Assembly: GCA_010405405.1 (NCBI GenBank)
Contig: MU004231.1
Location: 2,495,860 to 2,559,859, forward strand
Length of the DNA stretch: 64,000 nt
Reading direction: 5' to 3'
Source: Microthyrium microscopicum
Lineage: Eukaryota
Below, in pieces: positions 48,137-60,389 of the stretch. A program made the translations under genes and the position numbers. The notes beneath the pieces were generated by a model, which saw only the letters and a program-made list of their open reading frames with translations, was not told where the DNA came from and ran no database searches. Each line of letters starts with the position of its first letter. Positions within the stretch are counted from its first letter, which is position 1.

Positions 48137-49462
48137 CGTTTGAGAGTGCTAGGATTGTGGAGGATAGGAAGTTGCTATTGAATATTGATGGGGAAACGAA
48201 GCTATGAGGAACCGAACGTAATGAGGACCCGAAGGATAAGGAAACCGAGAAGAGGAGGAGGAATGGGTTTAAGAGCGTGTCTCAGCGTATCGCCATTGAT
48301 AAGAAGAGTGGGAAGTGAAAATCGGACGGACTCTAATAAGAGGGAGAGTTGTAATAGAGAGGAGAAGATTGATGGTGGAGGTTGACGCTCGGAACTAAAA
48401 GATAAAAAAGCACCAGCGATCAGTGATGAGAGACATCACAAGAGCAATATCAATGCGCTAGTCAGTCTAGATCATCCGATGTCTTCCCCACACCATCTTG
48501 ATCTTTTTACAAATTTATATGCAGTAGTATGCACTCGACTCTTTCCTTTCTTGACGAGATACTGGCGTGGTACAAATCTCCATCTTGATCTTGAAGCAGT
48601 AACGACCATGAACCCTGGAACGTGGAAACCAGCTTTAGATATGTCAACCAGCTTAATTGTGCTCAGATCATACATATGTATGGGAATACCTCGTGCTTAA
48701 AAAATGATAGAATTGCTTTGTTCATTGGTATAGTTTTTTCGATGGTTCTCTATAGCTGTTCGATCGAAGGTAAACAATATCCTGGGCACAACATTATGCA
48801 GGCACTTGTTAGCAGATGTGAGATGGGCACGCTGACAGCCGTCTATTCTTTCCCAGAGTAACACGACACCAAGAAGGCCTTGGCCTTTCATGAATGTATG
48901 GTACATGTACATAGTACAGGCTAAAATGGAACTTCAGGGCCAGAGAATTATATGCTGATGTTCATGAGCTCCAATCGAGCCTCAGATATCCTAGTTTTCA
49001 CAGCCTAACCATTTCTATTCAGCAAGATCATTTTTAAGAATATCATTTTCGTTCACATTCCATTTTGGGTATATGCTACAGGTCCAACCTCATCATGGTG
49101 CCGATAACAATACCATCGCACTTCTTTCGATAGCTCATGCTCTATACCACTGCAATTCTCGACTCTTTCCCATAACCCTCATTCTGACGCACCCAAAAAG
49201 TCGAGAAATGGCAGTCCGCATAACTATCACAGCAACGATTGGTAACAAGCCGTCGAATCGAGCCGAATTCCTCAAGACGCCTGTCGCTTACATGCAAAGT
49301 TGTTGTAGAAAACAACAAGAAAAAATGAAAGATACGCAAGACCCACTGTAAGGGAAGGTGAATGTGGGAATCAATAGAGACGCTTCTTCAAAGCATCCCG
49401 AACAAGAATAGATTTCTTTTCTCTTTCCTTAAACGCCGTATATCCTGATTCCTGGGTATTAT

Positions 49463-51469
49463 TTATTTTTGCACATGAGTGTCGTGACGAGAGCGGTCCA
49501 GAATGAAGCCAGTTGGGGCTCGTGGCTCTGCAACCATGCTCTCTCGGTATTTGGTGGTTTCCCAGTGACGCTGGGTAGCTCCGGGCAGAACGCGCTTGGT
49601 CTTGATGACCTTGAGACGGCGGCGTTCACGTTCGTCGACGGCATCTTGGATGACTTCGGCCAGTTTTTGCCATCCGAGACGTTCTCCGAGCAGTGGAGAC
49701 TCCAGGAGTTCCTGAAGGAGGTTGGTGGGGCTTGAAACCAGGTATGTTGAGAGAAGGATGTTTCGCTTGACGTTGCCAGTCTCCTCGGCAGGCATGGCAC
49801 CGAATTGAATGGAGGCGAGACGGGGATCGGAGATTGACGGGCGAGTTTCCATCGGGATTGGAAGACGAGGTGCACTGGTCCACTCTGGGGCCGAATGATG
49901 AAGCTCAAATTTGGCCGGGAAATGATCAATGACATAGGAATTGATACGAGCAAGAAGATCTCGTGCGAAGTTATCGTAGAAGACCTTGAGTGCGGAATCG
50001 CGGATCAGGTGTTCGTCCAAAGTGGCATATAGAGTCTGCTGCGCGAACGCAAAGACAGCCTCCAAATTCTCCCAAGTCAAATTGGCAATGGCGTGTCTAA
50101 CACCATGTATTGAGGCACTGGGAAGATTCAAGTAAAGACCTGCGCCAGCAAGAGCAAGTGCTTGTAGAACACTATCGTTGCCGACCGATCCATACGAGGA
50201 GTGGTCAAACGTAGGCAATGGAAGTCCGTACAATGATCCAATAACCTCTGCAACCGCCGTGGCTGTTGTCAAGGATTCTGGAACTTCAAGGCCTAGAATC
50301 TTCTGTCCTTTTGGATTGCGATCTGGGTTGGACTGCGCATGCATCAAGTCCCGGAGTGTTGGGCTCCGGGCCATGATCATTGCATGAGCTGGAAAGTCAG
50401 GCAAGCGTGAGTTTCCTTTGGGACCAAAGATGTCCAGCGCGTAGTCGGCAAAGTCGCGATTGGAAAAGTGCGAGGCCACCCAATTTGCCACTGCGATCAT
50501 CTCCGGTGGGGGTCCAAACATTGCCTGAGGATACGGCATCATGCCTTGAGGACCGTAGCCTTCAAGCATAGAGGAAGATTGAGATCCTGAGCGTGACAGA
50601 CCATGGCCATTGACGGGCTGCGGGAATCCATGGCTTGGTGGAGTAAAGTTCGCCGCAGGATTCCACGCAATTGGGGAAGTCTGTGGTGGAGGACCAGCAG
50701 GCGCGCTATGGAATGGCGGCATGCCGTTTGACTGAGCACCAGAGCTAGGAAAGTTCATGTGCGCAGCGTTTGGCTGTGGGGGAAGAAATCCAGGAGGTGG
50801 ACCAGTATGATGTCCGTTGACTGGAGCCGAGAATTGATTGACATTTGGAGGCATGTAGACAGACGATTGGCTAGAGTATGAATACTCTGGATTGTGGCGA
50901 GTGAAGGGGACTCCGTTCGGTGGCATGATGGGCATGTTCTCGTCGTTGGTGGTTGCAGAGAAAGTTGCAGAGGCACTGGATGGAGGAGACTCTGTAGGAA
51001 TAGCGGAGGGTTTTGTATCGTCAGACTCTATAGATGGATGATTAGACTGAGACTGCAACTGAAAACTGAGAGCGTGAGGATTCAATGGGTGAGTTTTACC
51101 AGTGTTGTTCTCTGAAAAGCTGTCCCCTGGAGAAGCCAAGTTGACATGCGCCTGCTCTTTTGGTTCAACAATGCTAGTATTCACAGAAACCTCTGAAGCT
51201 GGTTTAGTAGTCGACTCTTGTAGAGTTCCGGGTTTGCCAGTAACGACTTTTTTGTCAGCAATAGGGGCGGCTCCAGTTTGATGCGCGTTGGCAGCTCGGT
51301 TGGCGGCTTGTAGTCTAGCCGACTTTGATTTGCCATAATTTAAAGGAATAACTGGACGGATGCGACGCGCGACAGGTTTTTGATTTGCAGCTGGCTGCGA
51401 CATAATGGGAACAACATTGGGCGCAATGGCGTGGTGAACAGCGTTGGAGTCATTAAAGTGCGGCGCCAT
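49463..51469 (-). CDS. Hypothetical protein: P/Q/N-rich low-complexity region plus a BTB/POZ-like C-terminal domain
   Basis: DFADYAL...FPAHAMIMARSPTLRDLM resembles the start of a BTB domain. Start assigned to MAPHFND. Confidence 0.65.
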   Translation of the reverse strand: MAPHFNDSNAVHHAIAPNVVPIMSQPAANQKPVARRIRPVIPLNYGKSKSARLQAANRAANAHQTGAAPIADKKVVTGKPGTLQESTTKPASEVSVNTSIVEPKEQAHVNLASPGDSFSENNTGKTHPLNPHALSFQLQSQSNHPSIESDDTKPSAIPTESPPSSASATFSATTNDENMPIMPPNGVPFTRHNPEYSYSSQSSVYMPPNVNQFSAPVNGHHTGPPPGFLPPQPNAAHMNFPSSGAQSNGMPPFHSAPAGPPPQTSPIAWNPAANFTPPSHGFPQPVNGHGLSRSGSQSSSMLEGYGPQGMMPYPQAMFGPPPEMIAVANWVASHFSNRDFADYALDIFGPKGNSRLPDFPAHAMIMARSPTLRDLMHAQSNPDRNPKGQKILGLEVPESLTTATAVAEVIGSLYGLPLPTFDHSSYGSVGNDSVLQALALAGAGLYLNLPSASIHGVRHAIANLTWENLEAVFAFAQQTLYATLDEHLIRDSALKVFYDNFARDLLARINSYVIDHFPAKFELHHSAPEWTSAPRLPIPMETRPSISDPRLASIQFGAMPAEETGNVKRNILLSTYLVSSPTNLLQELLESPLLGERLGWQKLAEVIQDAVDERERRRLKVIKTKRVLPGATQRHWETTKYRESMVAEPRAPTGFILDRSRHDTHVQK

Positions 51470-52322
51470 GTTTATAGGCCAGGTAGAGCGGGTGTAAGAC
51501 GTCCTGGTAGAATCGAGCAAGAACAAGCAACTCCAAGATGAATCCGCTGGAAGTAGCAGCAGCGAAGGTCTATCTTGGAGTGCCTCGGAAGGAGGACAGT
51601 AATGGAGTGAAAAGTGAGTAGAGTAGTGAGAAGGTGAGAATGTTGATTGACAGTGGAGTTTAGTTGGGTAAAGAGGCCAGGCGCGGAGGTTGGTAATGCA
51701 GTGGTTATTGCCGGATCGGAAGCCTTGACATTCAGTCAAGTTCCAGGTTTAGAGTTAGTCCCACCAATATAGCAGTCAAGCAGTCAAAGCAGTCTAACAG
51801 TCTATGGAAGGATCCGAAGGCCGCAGAAGCGCTTGGAACCTGTGCAACGCGGGAACCAGAAATTTAATCCTGGACTGTTGCCTGAACTTGGGGAATAATT
51901 GAAAAGAGTGATAGTGCGCGGAAGATACAGAGCGGTCAAATTCCTAAGAGGACGAGAGAATTACCAACAGGTCAAAGGTTTAAGTCAGAAAAGTAGTGGC
52001 CGAATTAGGAACGAATGGATTGAAGTCTTGATGCAAGATGCATCAAATCACATCAACGTCAATCGACATCAAAATCCAAACTAAAATTTCTGCGGGGTAT
52101 TTTACGCGCATTGATTCAAATGTTGATTGATCAATCAATGGGCTTACGGCCCGAAATCGGATCTTTGAGTAATCGATCGGGCTAGATACCCATCAGCCGA
52201 GCCGGGGTCATGATTAGATCAGATCATGAATTTATCTATCTTGACTTTTCAACTCCCTGTCAAACATTTGATGCTCGCGTTAAGCATCTCAACTCTGCCA
52301 ATTGGCCCCTAACTGGCCCACC

Positions 52323-53589
52323 ATGGCCACATTACTCCCATCCACCCGCTCAGTTCTTGTTCGAGCCCCACACTTCTCAGTTTGCAGGTCATGCCACGCC
52401 AGACTGTTCACATCAACTGCTAGGCCTCAGGAAGAGGCCAAAGCAGAGACTAAAGCGGAGACCAAAGCAGAGACCAAAGCAGAGACTACAAAGAAGGAGA
52501 GGGGCATATTCGGACGAGTCATAGACATCGCAACCACCAAAGCAATGGCGCCGCTTCAGCGTATCCAAGCCAAGAAAACCGTAGAGCAACGTACAGCCGC
52601 TGAGAAGGCCTTCATCGCCGATAGAAAAGCTGCCGAAGAACACGCTCCCGCAGATGAATATACGCCAGCAAAAACATGGCACGATCTAGAATGGGTTGGC
52701 TCAAAAGAGTACATCTGGCAAAATACTGCTCCTCGCAAGCAATTACGCCGGTAAGTTCCCTCTTCAGCACCAGATACCATACCTATCTAACCACTCAATC
52801 CCCAGATTTGCTCCACGCCAGGCCAAACCACTCAACACCATAAACACCCACATACGTGCCGCCCTAATCGACGTCCTCGCCCACGCCTCCGCCTCCAGTA
52901 GCACCAACCCCGGTGTCCTCACGAGCGCCTGTCTAGGCTCCGCAGACGAACTCTACCACCAAGCCATCATCGTCCCCTCCCCCAACGACACCCTATCCCT
53001 ACACTTCCCCGAACCCCGTCCCGCAAAAACTCTCTTCAAGTCCCTGTCCATCTCCGACATACCCGAAAGCATTCTCGCCGAACCACCGTCCTTGAACAAA
53101 ACCGCCTGGCGCGACACTCCCCTCCCACTGCCCCTTCGCTTCGCTCTCGCAGCCCGCATCTTCCAACGCAGCGGACGCCGGATCCCAGATGCACAACTGC
53201 ATCAGCTAAGCACCCCGGCGCTCATGTACACGCACCTGACTACCAAAAAGCCAGAACGACTTAGCCAAAAGGTGAAAGCAGACCGCTTCCTGCAGCTACC
53301 AAATGTGGCCGTCGCAATGAAAGCGCCAACGAAAGCGGATATGGATAGATCGGTAGGTCTATGGAAGGAGACACGGAAGGAGTTGGAGAAGCGTGGATTA
53401 CCAGAGAAATGGCGGCCGATGACGATGAATGAGATGCGCAAGAATGTGGCTAAAAGGGAAGACGGGCAAATTACGCATAAACAGGTGCCGTGGATGGTGA
53501 AGGAAGCGGTCGAGGAGGAGGAGGAAGACTGGGAGGATGATAATATGGATTATGAGCAGATCAAGCAGGTTGAGGGTGCGCGGGCTTGA
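52323..53589 (+). CDS. Mitochondrial large-subunit ribosomal protein mL50-like
   Basis: Presequence MATLLPSTRSVLVR...ARLFTST and a C-terminal WRDTPL..LRFALAARIFQRSGRRIPDAQL...LPNVAV...VGLWK segment. Intron ~52751-52805; (KAET)x4 repeat. Confidence 0.7.
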
Positions 53590-53965
53590 GAGTCGATATG
53601 CGGTAGAAAGCCATAAGACTAGGTGTAAAATGTGTCTACAGGTATGTACAACTCCATGTATACAGATGTGTATGATAAATCGACGTTGTAGATTAATTCC
53701 ATGTTTTGGAGAGCATGTTTCTTTCAAAGCAATTACATTTTTACTTGTAAGGGGTATGAACAATGGTACTTTCAAGCACCTAAGAAAAGTCTTCTTTGAC
53801 AATGACAGCAATAATAATCAAAGAGCATTACCAAGTCGCCTCTAGAACGACCATCACAAAAGCTCGATCAACCACACTATAATCAGCCGATGAGCACAAC
53901 TAAGACTACAGTCTAGTCCTTTCCTTCTTCACACACACACCATTAGTAGCCCTCCGATCAACAAC

Positions 53966-55798
53966 TTACATCTCCGTCTTCTTTGGAGCCACGGTCTCCG
54001 AACCAACGACACCAGGCGCATCAACCTTAAGATTGCCGGCCTCAATGTCAGCACGGAGATTGTCAAGACGGGAGACAGTTGGCTTGTTGGTGCGCCAAGC
54101 TGGAATACCCTGGTCAAACACCTCGTCCATCTCCTCCAGAGTTCGGCCAGTAGTCTCGGGTGCAGAAAAGAACATGTGGATGAAAGCCAAGCCGTTGAAC
54201 ATGGCGAAGATCATGTACATCTTCCAGTTGATGGACCACAGAAGTGGAGGCACGGCGTAGGCGAGGATGGTGTTCCATGCCCAGTTGGATGCGGTAGACA
54301 GTGAGACTGCCTTTGCGCGGACCTTGGAGGGGAAGATCTCTGATGGATAAGTCCAAGAGGTAGGTCCCCAGGTGGTAGCGAATGAAGCGACGAAGAGATA
54401 CGAGAAAGAAACGATAGCCTTAGAGACGCTTGGATGGCGAGTTCCGAGGGACCAGGAGATGTCGGAGTTCTTATCAGTGACTGGTTGGCCATAGGCACCC
54501 TGGAGACCACCGGAGATGAAGAGACAGGTCATCATGGCAAGGGAACCAAAGAGAAGAGCTGGGCGACGACCGACGCGATCGAGGTAGAGAATAGCGGGAA
54601 GTGTCAGGAGAACGTTGATGATGTACTGGATGGAAGCGGTGAGGAGAGCATCGCCGATGCCAGCACCTTCCATAATGTAGACAATGTAGTACCTGATTCG
54701 ACATTAGTTATTGTTGAGGCTGATTATATTATAGGACTTACATCATGATGTTCATGCCACAAAGCTGCGACCACATCTGAATACTCATTCCGAGAACCAA
54801 GCGCTTGAAGATACGAGGCTGAGCCAATTGACGGAAAGATGAGATGGCTTGTTCGCGTTCGAAGCGGAGAGCCTCCTTGATTTCCTCATATTCAGCAAGT
54901 ACTTTAGGATCATTAGTGTTGCCACCAGCATGGAGATTTGCCAGGACAACCAATCTAGGGTAAGAGTCAGTCGCGTGAAATATCTATATCTTGAGAAGAA
55001 ACTCACGCTTCATCCCAACGATCCTTGCTAGCCAACCAACGAGGAGAACGCGGGAACATGAACAGACCGAGAGATAGGATAGCAGCTGGAACAGCCTGGA
55101 TACCCCATGGGATACGGAATGCAGATGCTCTACTAAAGGTTAGAAAAGTCGCTTCGATAAAGATGATTGTACTGACGGTTGGTTCACATCCTTGGGTCCG
55201 CCTCCGACATGAGCAGCACCAAACTGAATGAAGTATTGAATGAGAATACCCCTACGACAATCAGCAACTATCTCAATCAACAAAACTCATCAAAAACATA
55301 CCAAGTAATAGCCCACTGCTGCAACGAAACTACACGACCACGAATCTCCTTTGGAGCAATCTCAGCCTGGTACACAGGCACCATAGCCGAGCAAATACCA
55401 ATGGCAATGCCAGAAACCACGCGACCAGCACAGAGATGGCCAATGTTTTGCGCACTACATTGGATGATAGCGCCGAGCACAAAGATGAGGCCACCAATTT
55501 GAATGGCTGCGCGACGCGAGAAGCGATCGGCAATGAAGGGTGAGATTAGTGCGCCGACTAATGAACCTGCTGGCATGGAAGCTGTGATGCCGCCTTGCAC
55601 AGAGGCGCGTGGGTGGTGGAAGTACTGTTTGTAGGCTTCGGTGCCGAGAACACCGGACATGGAGGAGATGTCGAAGCCAAAGAGCATACCGCCTGTTATG
55701 ACATTATTAGTCTACTTGTTAGGTTAAGAGGTGGATTTGGAGGGTGTGTTACCAAGGGCAGCAAAGCCGCAGATGGCGTAAGTGTTGTAGATGACCAT
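53966..55798 (-). CDS. MFS sugar porter (high-affinity hexose transporter-like)
   Basis: GGMLFGFDISSMSG, DRFSRR, EIAPKEIRGRVVSLQQWAITWG, PRSPRWL, QLCGMNIMMYY, DRVGRR and PETTGRTLEEMD; multiple introns. Confidence 0.93.
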
Positions 55799-55811
55799 AA
55801 TGGGCCAAAGT

Positions 55812-55913
55812 TCGTGTCAACAGAGCAGAGCAGTGGTCGTGTCAACAGAGCAAAGTGGTGATTTTGTCAAGGGATGTAGTTGAAGAAAGGGAAGAAGAAG
55901 AAGAAGAAGAAGA
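55812..55913. repeat. 16-nt direct repeat (tcgtgtcaacagagca x2) and a (GAA)n microsatellite in the sugar-porter 5' leader
   Basis: Read directly at 55812-55852 and 55891-55913. Confidence 0.8.
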
Positions 55914-57693
55914 ACAAGCAGATTGAAAACAGAGTGGTGTTGTATAGCCAGCAACAGGGAGGAGATTGAAGTGAAGAAGAGCTAGGGAGGTCTGAGCGGA
56001 CAATAAGTGAAGAAGGCAGAACCTGGCGGATGATCTCGTGCGTGGTCAGTTTCCCTCGTTCCTGAGGTGGTTGCACTTCACCATGTTTCTGATCACAAGA
56101 CGCTGTCGCATTGCCAAAGGCAGTCACTACTGGTACACCAGGAAGGAACGTTGTTGCTGTAAACACTCAAGAGGCAGGAGCGACTGAGGTCAAAACAACA
56201 AATTCACTAAATATGCCTGAGAGAACGACAAGAACAACAAAATTGCCTCTGGCCACTCTAAAAATGGGTTTGAGTATTCAATATAGAGTTCCTCCCAAGT
56301 ATTTGATGGCTTGATTCGGTCCTTCTGAATCTGGGCGACTGGGGCAGACTAGCTGCTTCTGAATGGCGGACTTTGACAAGAGCCCGGCCAACGGACTCCA
56401 ATGACAGACGTTCCATAAAGAACCATCCATAGTACAGAACACACTGGCCAGGAAGATGATTGAATGGCAAGTCCGGGGCCACAAACTCCCTTGGGTTTGT
56501 ACTCGTAGCTAGGCCGGTCAAGGCTTTGTCTACCATGTACCATGATGATGGTTCGTGTGCTAAAATCAAAGACACTGGGGAAAACGGCAAGATAGACCTA
56601 GACTAAATTAACACACCAAATGCTGTTGAATGTCATATAGTGTGGAGCTCGAAGTTGATCAGATACCACCAATGAAGTGAGGGAGCCATAAAAACCCTGG
56701 GAATTGGTAGAGTCCTAGATGATTTCAGGGATAGTCTAGAGCCCTGTGCTTGCCGTGTGCGTTTAACCAGATTAATTGATAGAACGAGGAGACTACATTA
56801 TGAGCTTGGCAGAACTACCTACTAGACACAAAGTGGAAGCTGATGTTGGTTTTACATTTCCTCTTGTAAGCTAAAGTTGAATACTGTGTTGTGGACAGGT
56901 CTGGGAACATAGAGTACCGCAGTCACCTAGAAGCAAACAGTGTACTTCACAGTTTGTCTAGATCCGATCGTATAGGGCAGCGCTGACAGTTACATTCGAT
57001 AAATGTCCAATCTTTTGAAACCTTTCACCTTCCCAAAGTAAGACGTAGTGTATCAGTGAGATTCGGCTTTCTGCAGATGTTCGTAGTTGGATAAAACGAG
57101 CACATGGCTTAGACGCTGTAGTGTAACCAACCGTTCGGTTACATCTAGATGTTCTGTGATCCTAATGATAAGATGTCCTTGGCCGGAAGAGAGACAGCGT
57201 CAGGCACGCATAATCTGAAATACAATACACCAGTCAACTTTGCATCAGGCGTAATTATAATCCATAGCCAGCGAGGCAAAGGAGGACGTTGAAATTAACT
57301 CAAGGGTGGAGAACAACGATCGCTGATTCGACTGGACTCGCAGGGACCAGGGGTTCTTATAGCGACTATCATTGACTATCAGCTTGATTGATAGATTCAA
57401 TGAAAAACCAAAAGAGAGAGGAGGTAGAGCGCAAGAACTAATGCTGATATCAAAGTATATTCGATTAAAACATATTCTATGCCCTTACACCATCGCTTCA
57501 AAATGCTTGGGAGCATGTAGCCCGTCGAATAGGATCGAGGCAATGTACTCACATGCTATTTGCCAAGTGCACGTTAGATATGTGCGAGGAGAGGCACATA
57601 TGTAGAGAGGCTCCTTGATGATCCAGCAAGGTGGGTGCAACGTAAGCGGAAATATCGTGTCTCATGAATCATATCGTACATAGCCATAAGCAA

Positions 57694-59589
57694 CTAGCCC
57701 GGCACCAGTCCCGGTGGACCTTGTTGTGAATCTTGCTGTGAATTCCCCGGTGACCCAGTGGCTAGACTAGCATTTGGATTGGGAGCGACAATCTCTGGCG
57801 CCAAAACCTCGTCGAACAAGGAAACCTGCGGCATGCGACCCTGTCCCACCGACTCAATTATACTCCACGCTCGTCGTAGTTCATCGCGGATAGCTACAAC
57901 ACCATGGTGGTGCACCGTTCGTGCAACATTATGGTTATCTTCGATTGGACATTCAATAGCCAATAGATAACGTTGTCGAACTTCCACGTTATTGACCATG
58001 GTATTCGATGCGCCAGTCCAGTTCTTAGAAGCCTTGCTCACGATGCCACTCACGTTTTTAATGGCCACTACTTCGTCCTTCCACTTGAAACCGCCTCTAG
58101 CGACACGCGATCCTTGATGCGCGTAGTAGTGGAAGAAACCGCGTAGTAACGAACCAGTTGATTCGGTGTTGCGGGTGATTTTGCGTTGGATGGCGAGACG
58201 GCGAATTTCAGTTTCGTTATCTGCAAATGAGACATTGAAACCATCGACTAGGAATTCGCGATCGTTGGCGCCAAAGTGATGGAGGTTTGGTACTACTGGT
58301 GGAGTTGCGACGTTCATGAGGTAGTGTAGGACCAGTAAGACCCAACCATAAGAGCAAAGGGTTCCGCTGTAACTGTTGTTGATCTTTCGTTGCTTTGCCC
58401 ATGCCTTGATAAAGATAACCATGTCATGAACTCGTGGGTCACAAGCATTGTAGCACCGGAGCAATTGAGTGTTGTACATGCCCAATATTGACCGGAAGCT
58501 GATGTCGCATTGGTATCCTGCTCCAGTTTTTGGGAAATCAAGTGGACCAGAAGGTTTCTCTCGTCGCCAAAAGGTGGACTTTTGACCTTCTTGTTTATCT
58601 TTGTTCTCATTTGAAGATGGATGAGCAGACTCAGAGTCTGCTTTTTTGGATTCGTTTAATCCAGACTTGGACTGGTCTTCTGTTGGAGTTTTCACCTCCG
58701 TGCCTGCCTCAACTGGAGAAGTTGGAGTAGTAGCCGATACATCACCAGCATCAACTTCATTTTGCCATTTTTCATGCTCTTCCGTGAGCGCAGTGAGGAG
58801 TTCTAGGGGTGGCTCTTCGCAGATCTTCAGTATTGGCACTCGAGTTTTTGTAAGAGCTCGAGCTCCAATTTTCTCGGCTAAGAAGACCTTCTCTAACATA
58901 CGAGGAATTTCTTCTGGTGGTAAATCAGGCCGCGGCCCATCCCAAGAGCAGATGATATCCATGTCCGAGCCGGTGACAGCAAAGCCAGAAAGAATACTGC
59001 CATACGGAATGAATCTCAGGGTGCTTTTGCTTTCAGGGTAGGCATCCCGGAAAGCCTTTTGACCAAGTGCTTCTAGCTTGACACGGAATTCTTCTCGCAT
59101 AGCAACTTCCTCCGGGTTCATTGAAGTTTGAGGAACCTTCTGTCTGGCAATTTCATCAAGGAATTTGGCCTGTGTAGCAACAGTAGCCGCATAGTTGTTG
59201 GTGTTAGGTCGGTATTGTTGCCGCTGGTACTGATTATTTTGGTACCCAGATGATTGTGGCCGGTTTGGTGATGATTGTGAGAGAACTGGAGTATTAGACG
59301 CAACGAACTGCCCTCGCTGTTGCGGGGTTTTGACGTAGTCTAACAAAGAAGCGCCTCGGGGAGAATTGTTCTGTCGCGATTGTGTCTGATGATGGTTTGG
59401 GTATTGTGGTCCGCCATAGCCTGATGTGCGATTTTGGTATCTTGGTGGTGTGGAGTGATTGTTATTCTGAGAATAAGGACGGTGAGGCTGTTGATTGTTT
59501 GCTGGATTATTTTCCTGGTTGGGACGTCTATTGTCTGACAATCTCAGTTGTTGGACAAGGTGGTCCATTTGATTGATTTGATTATCCAT
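57694..59589 (-). CDS. Cid1/CutA-family terminal RNA nucleotidyltransferase (non-canonical poly(A)/poly(U) polymerase)
   Basis: YGSILSGFAVTGSDMDI catalytic motif, TRVPILK, QCDISF, FIKAWAKQRKIN..YSGTLCSYGWVLLVLHYL and PAP-associated LAIECPIEDNHNVA; N/Q-rich N-terminus. Confidence 0.9.
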   Translation of the reverse strand: MDNQINQMDHLVQQLRLSDNRRPNQENNPANNQQPHRPYSQNNNHSTPPRYQNRTSGYGGPQYPNHHQTQSRQNNSPRGASLLDYVKTPQQRGQFVASNTPVLSQSSPNRPQSSGYQNNQYQRQQYRPNTNNYAATVATQAKFLDEIARQKVPQTSMNPEEVAMREEFRVKLEALGQKAFRDAYPESKSTLRFIPYGSILSGFAVTGSDMDIICSWDGPRPDLPPEEIPRMLEKVFLAEKIGARALTKTRVPILKICEEPPLELLTALTEEHEKWQNEVDAGDVSATTPTSPVEAGTEVKTPTEDQSKSGLNESKKADSESAHPSSNENKDKQEGQKSTFWRREKPSGPLDFPKTGAGYQCDISFRSILGMYNTQLLRCYNACDPRVHDMVIFIKAWAKQRKINNSYSGTLCSYGWVLLVLHYLMNVATPPVVPNLHHFGANDREFLVDGFNVSFADNETEIRRLAIQRKITRNTESTGSLLRGFFHYYAHQGSRVARGGFKWKDEVVAIKNVSGIVSKASKNWTGASNTMVNNVEVRQRYLLAIECPIEDNHNVARTVHHHGVVAIRDELRRAWSIIESVGQGRMPQVSLFDEVLAPEIVAPNPNASLATGSPGNSQQDSQQGPPGLVPG

Positions 59590-59890
59590 TACTGCAAAAG
59601 GCAAACTTGAGGATCGATACAAAAAAAAGGTGCGACTTGTCGCCTAGGACTGTAGGGTGTTGGCTTGAAAAGGCAGCGACCAAATATTGTTTGGCCAGTG
59701 CGATTGCTTGGTCGTTGGTACCACGGTTGGAGCAAACAGAACTTCAACCATAGGATGCAAGGAGGGTGCACATTTGTTGAATTATCGGACTATGATGCCG
59801 CGCTTGAAGCAAAGAGTTGTTAGAGATTACGCATTAAAAGCGCAGGCGATCGAAATTATGTAGTTGCTGAGAGTAAGTGTGAAGTTTGCT

Positions 59891-59918
59891 GTTGGAGGTT
59901 GGAGGTTGGAGGTTGAAG
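59891..59918. repeat. 7-nt tandem repeat (GTTGGAG) x3-4 in a divergent promoter region
   Basis: gttggaggttggaggttggaggttgaag read directly. Confidence 0.8.
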
Positions 59919-60389
59919 ATATCCTTGCGACAGTAGTTGCAAGTTGATCTGTGAAGTTTGGAACCAAGTGCAAGGATGACCTCACCTGTCTCAGCGCGCT
60001 AAGGTGATGCAGCGGGAGCTACGCTATATCGGTACTAGCTTGTTTGCGAAATATCAGCACCCCAAGACATAGCAAATGCATTTTATCCTCAACCCGCATA
60101 TGGAGAAGGCACAGGCCGCTACCTGATCTCTGCCATGTCATTGGCTCAGTCGCTGCATACTGCTTTCACTCAACATTCCGTAACTTCAAGCATTCCTCAT
60201 TGTCACCATTCTGCCCTTTTGACTGCTTTGACCCTCTATTACTTTCTCTGAACTACATGCTGAATCGTATCAGCGTTCTGCTACCCGCTTGATCGTAAGC
60301 AAATCAACACACCATCATCATCCTCTTGCTGCTTTGTTATAACCCTACATCATAGCTCTCGCACGGCTACCCGCCTCTATACAACTACA

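Noticed and set aside
56339..56647. Four SYGGRG (CreA/Mig1-type) words upstream of the sugar porter
   Set aside because: Biologically plausible, but the degenerate 6-mer is too frequent to call without conservation data.
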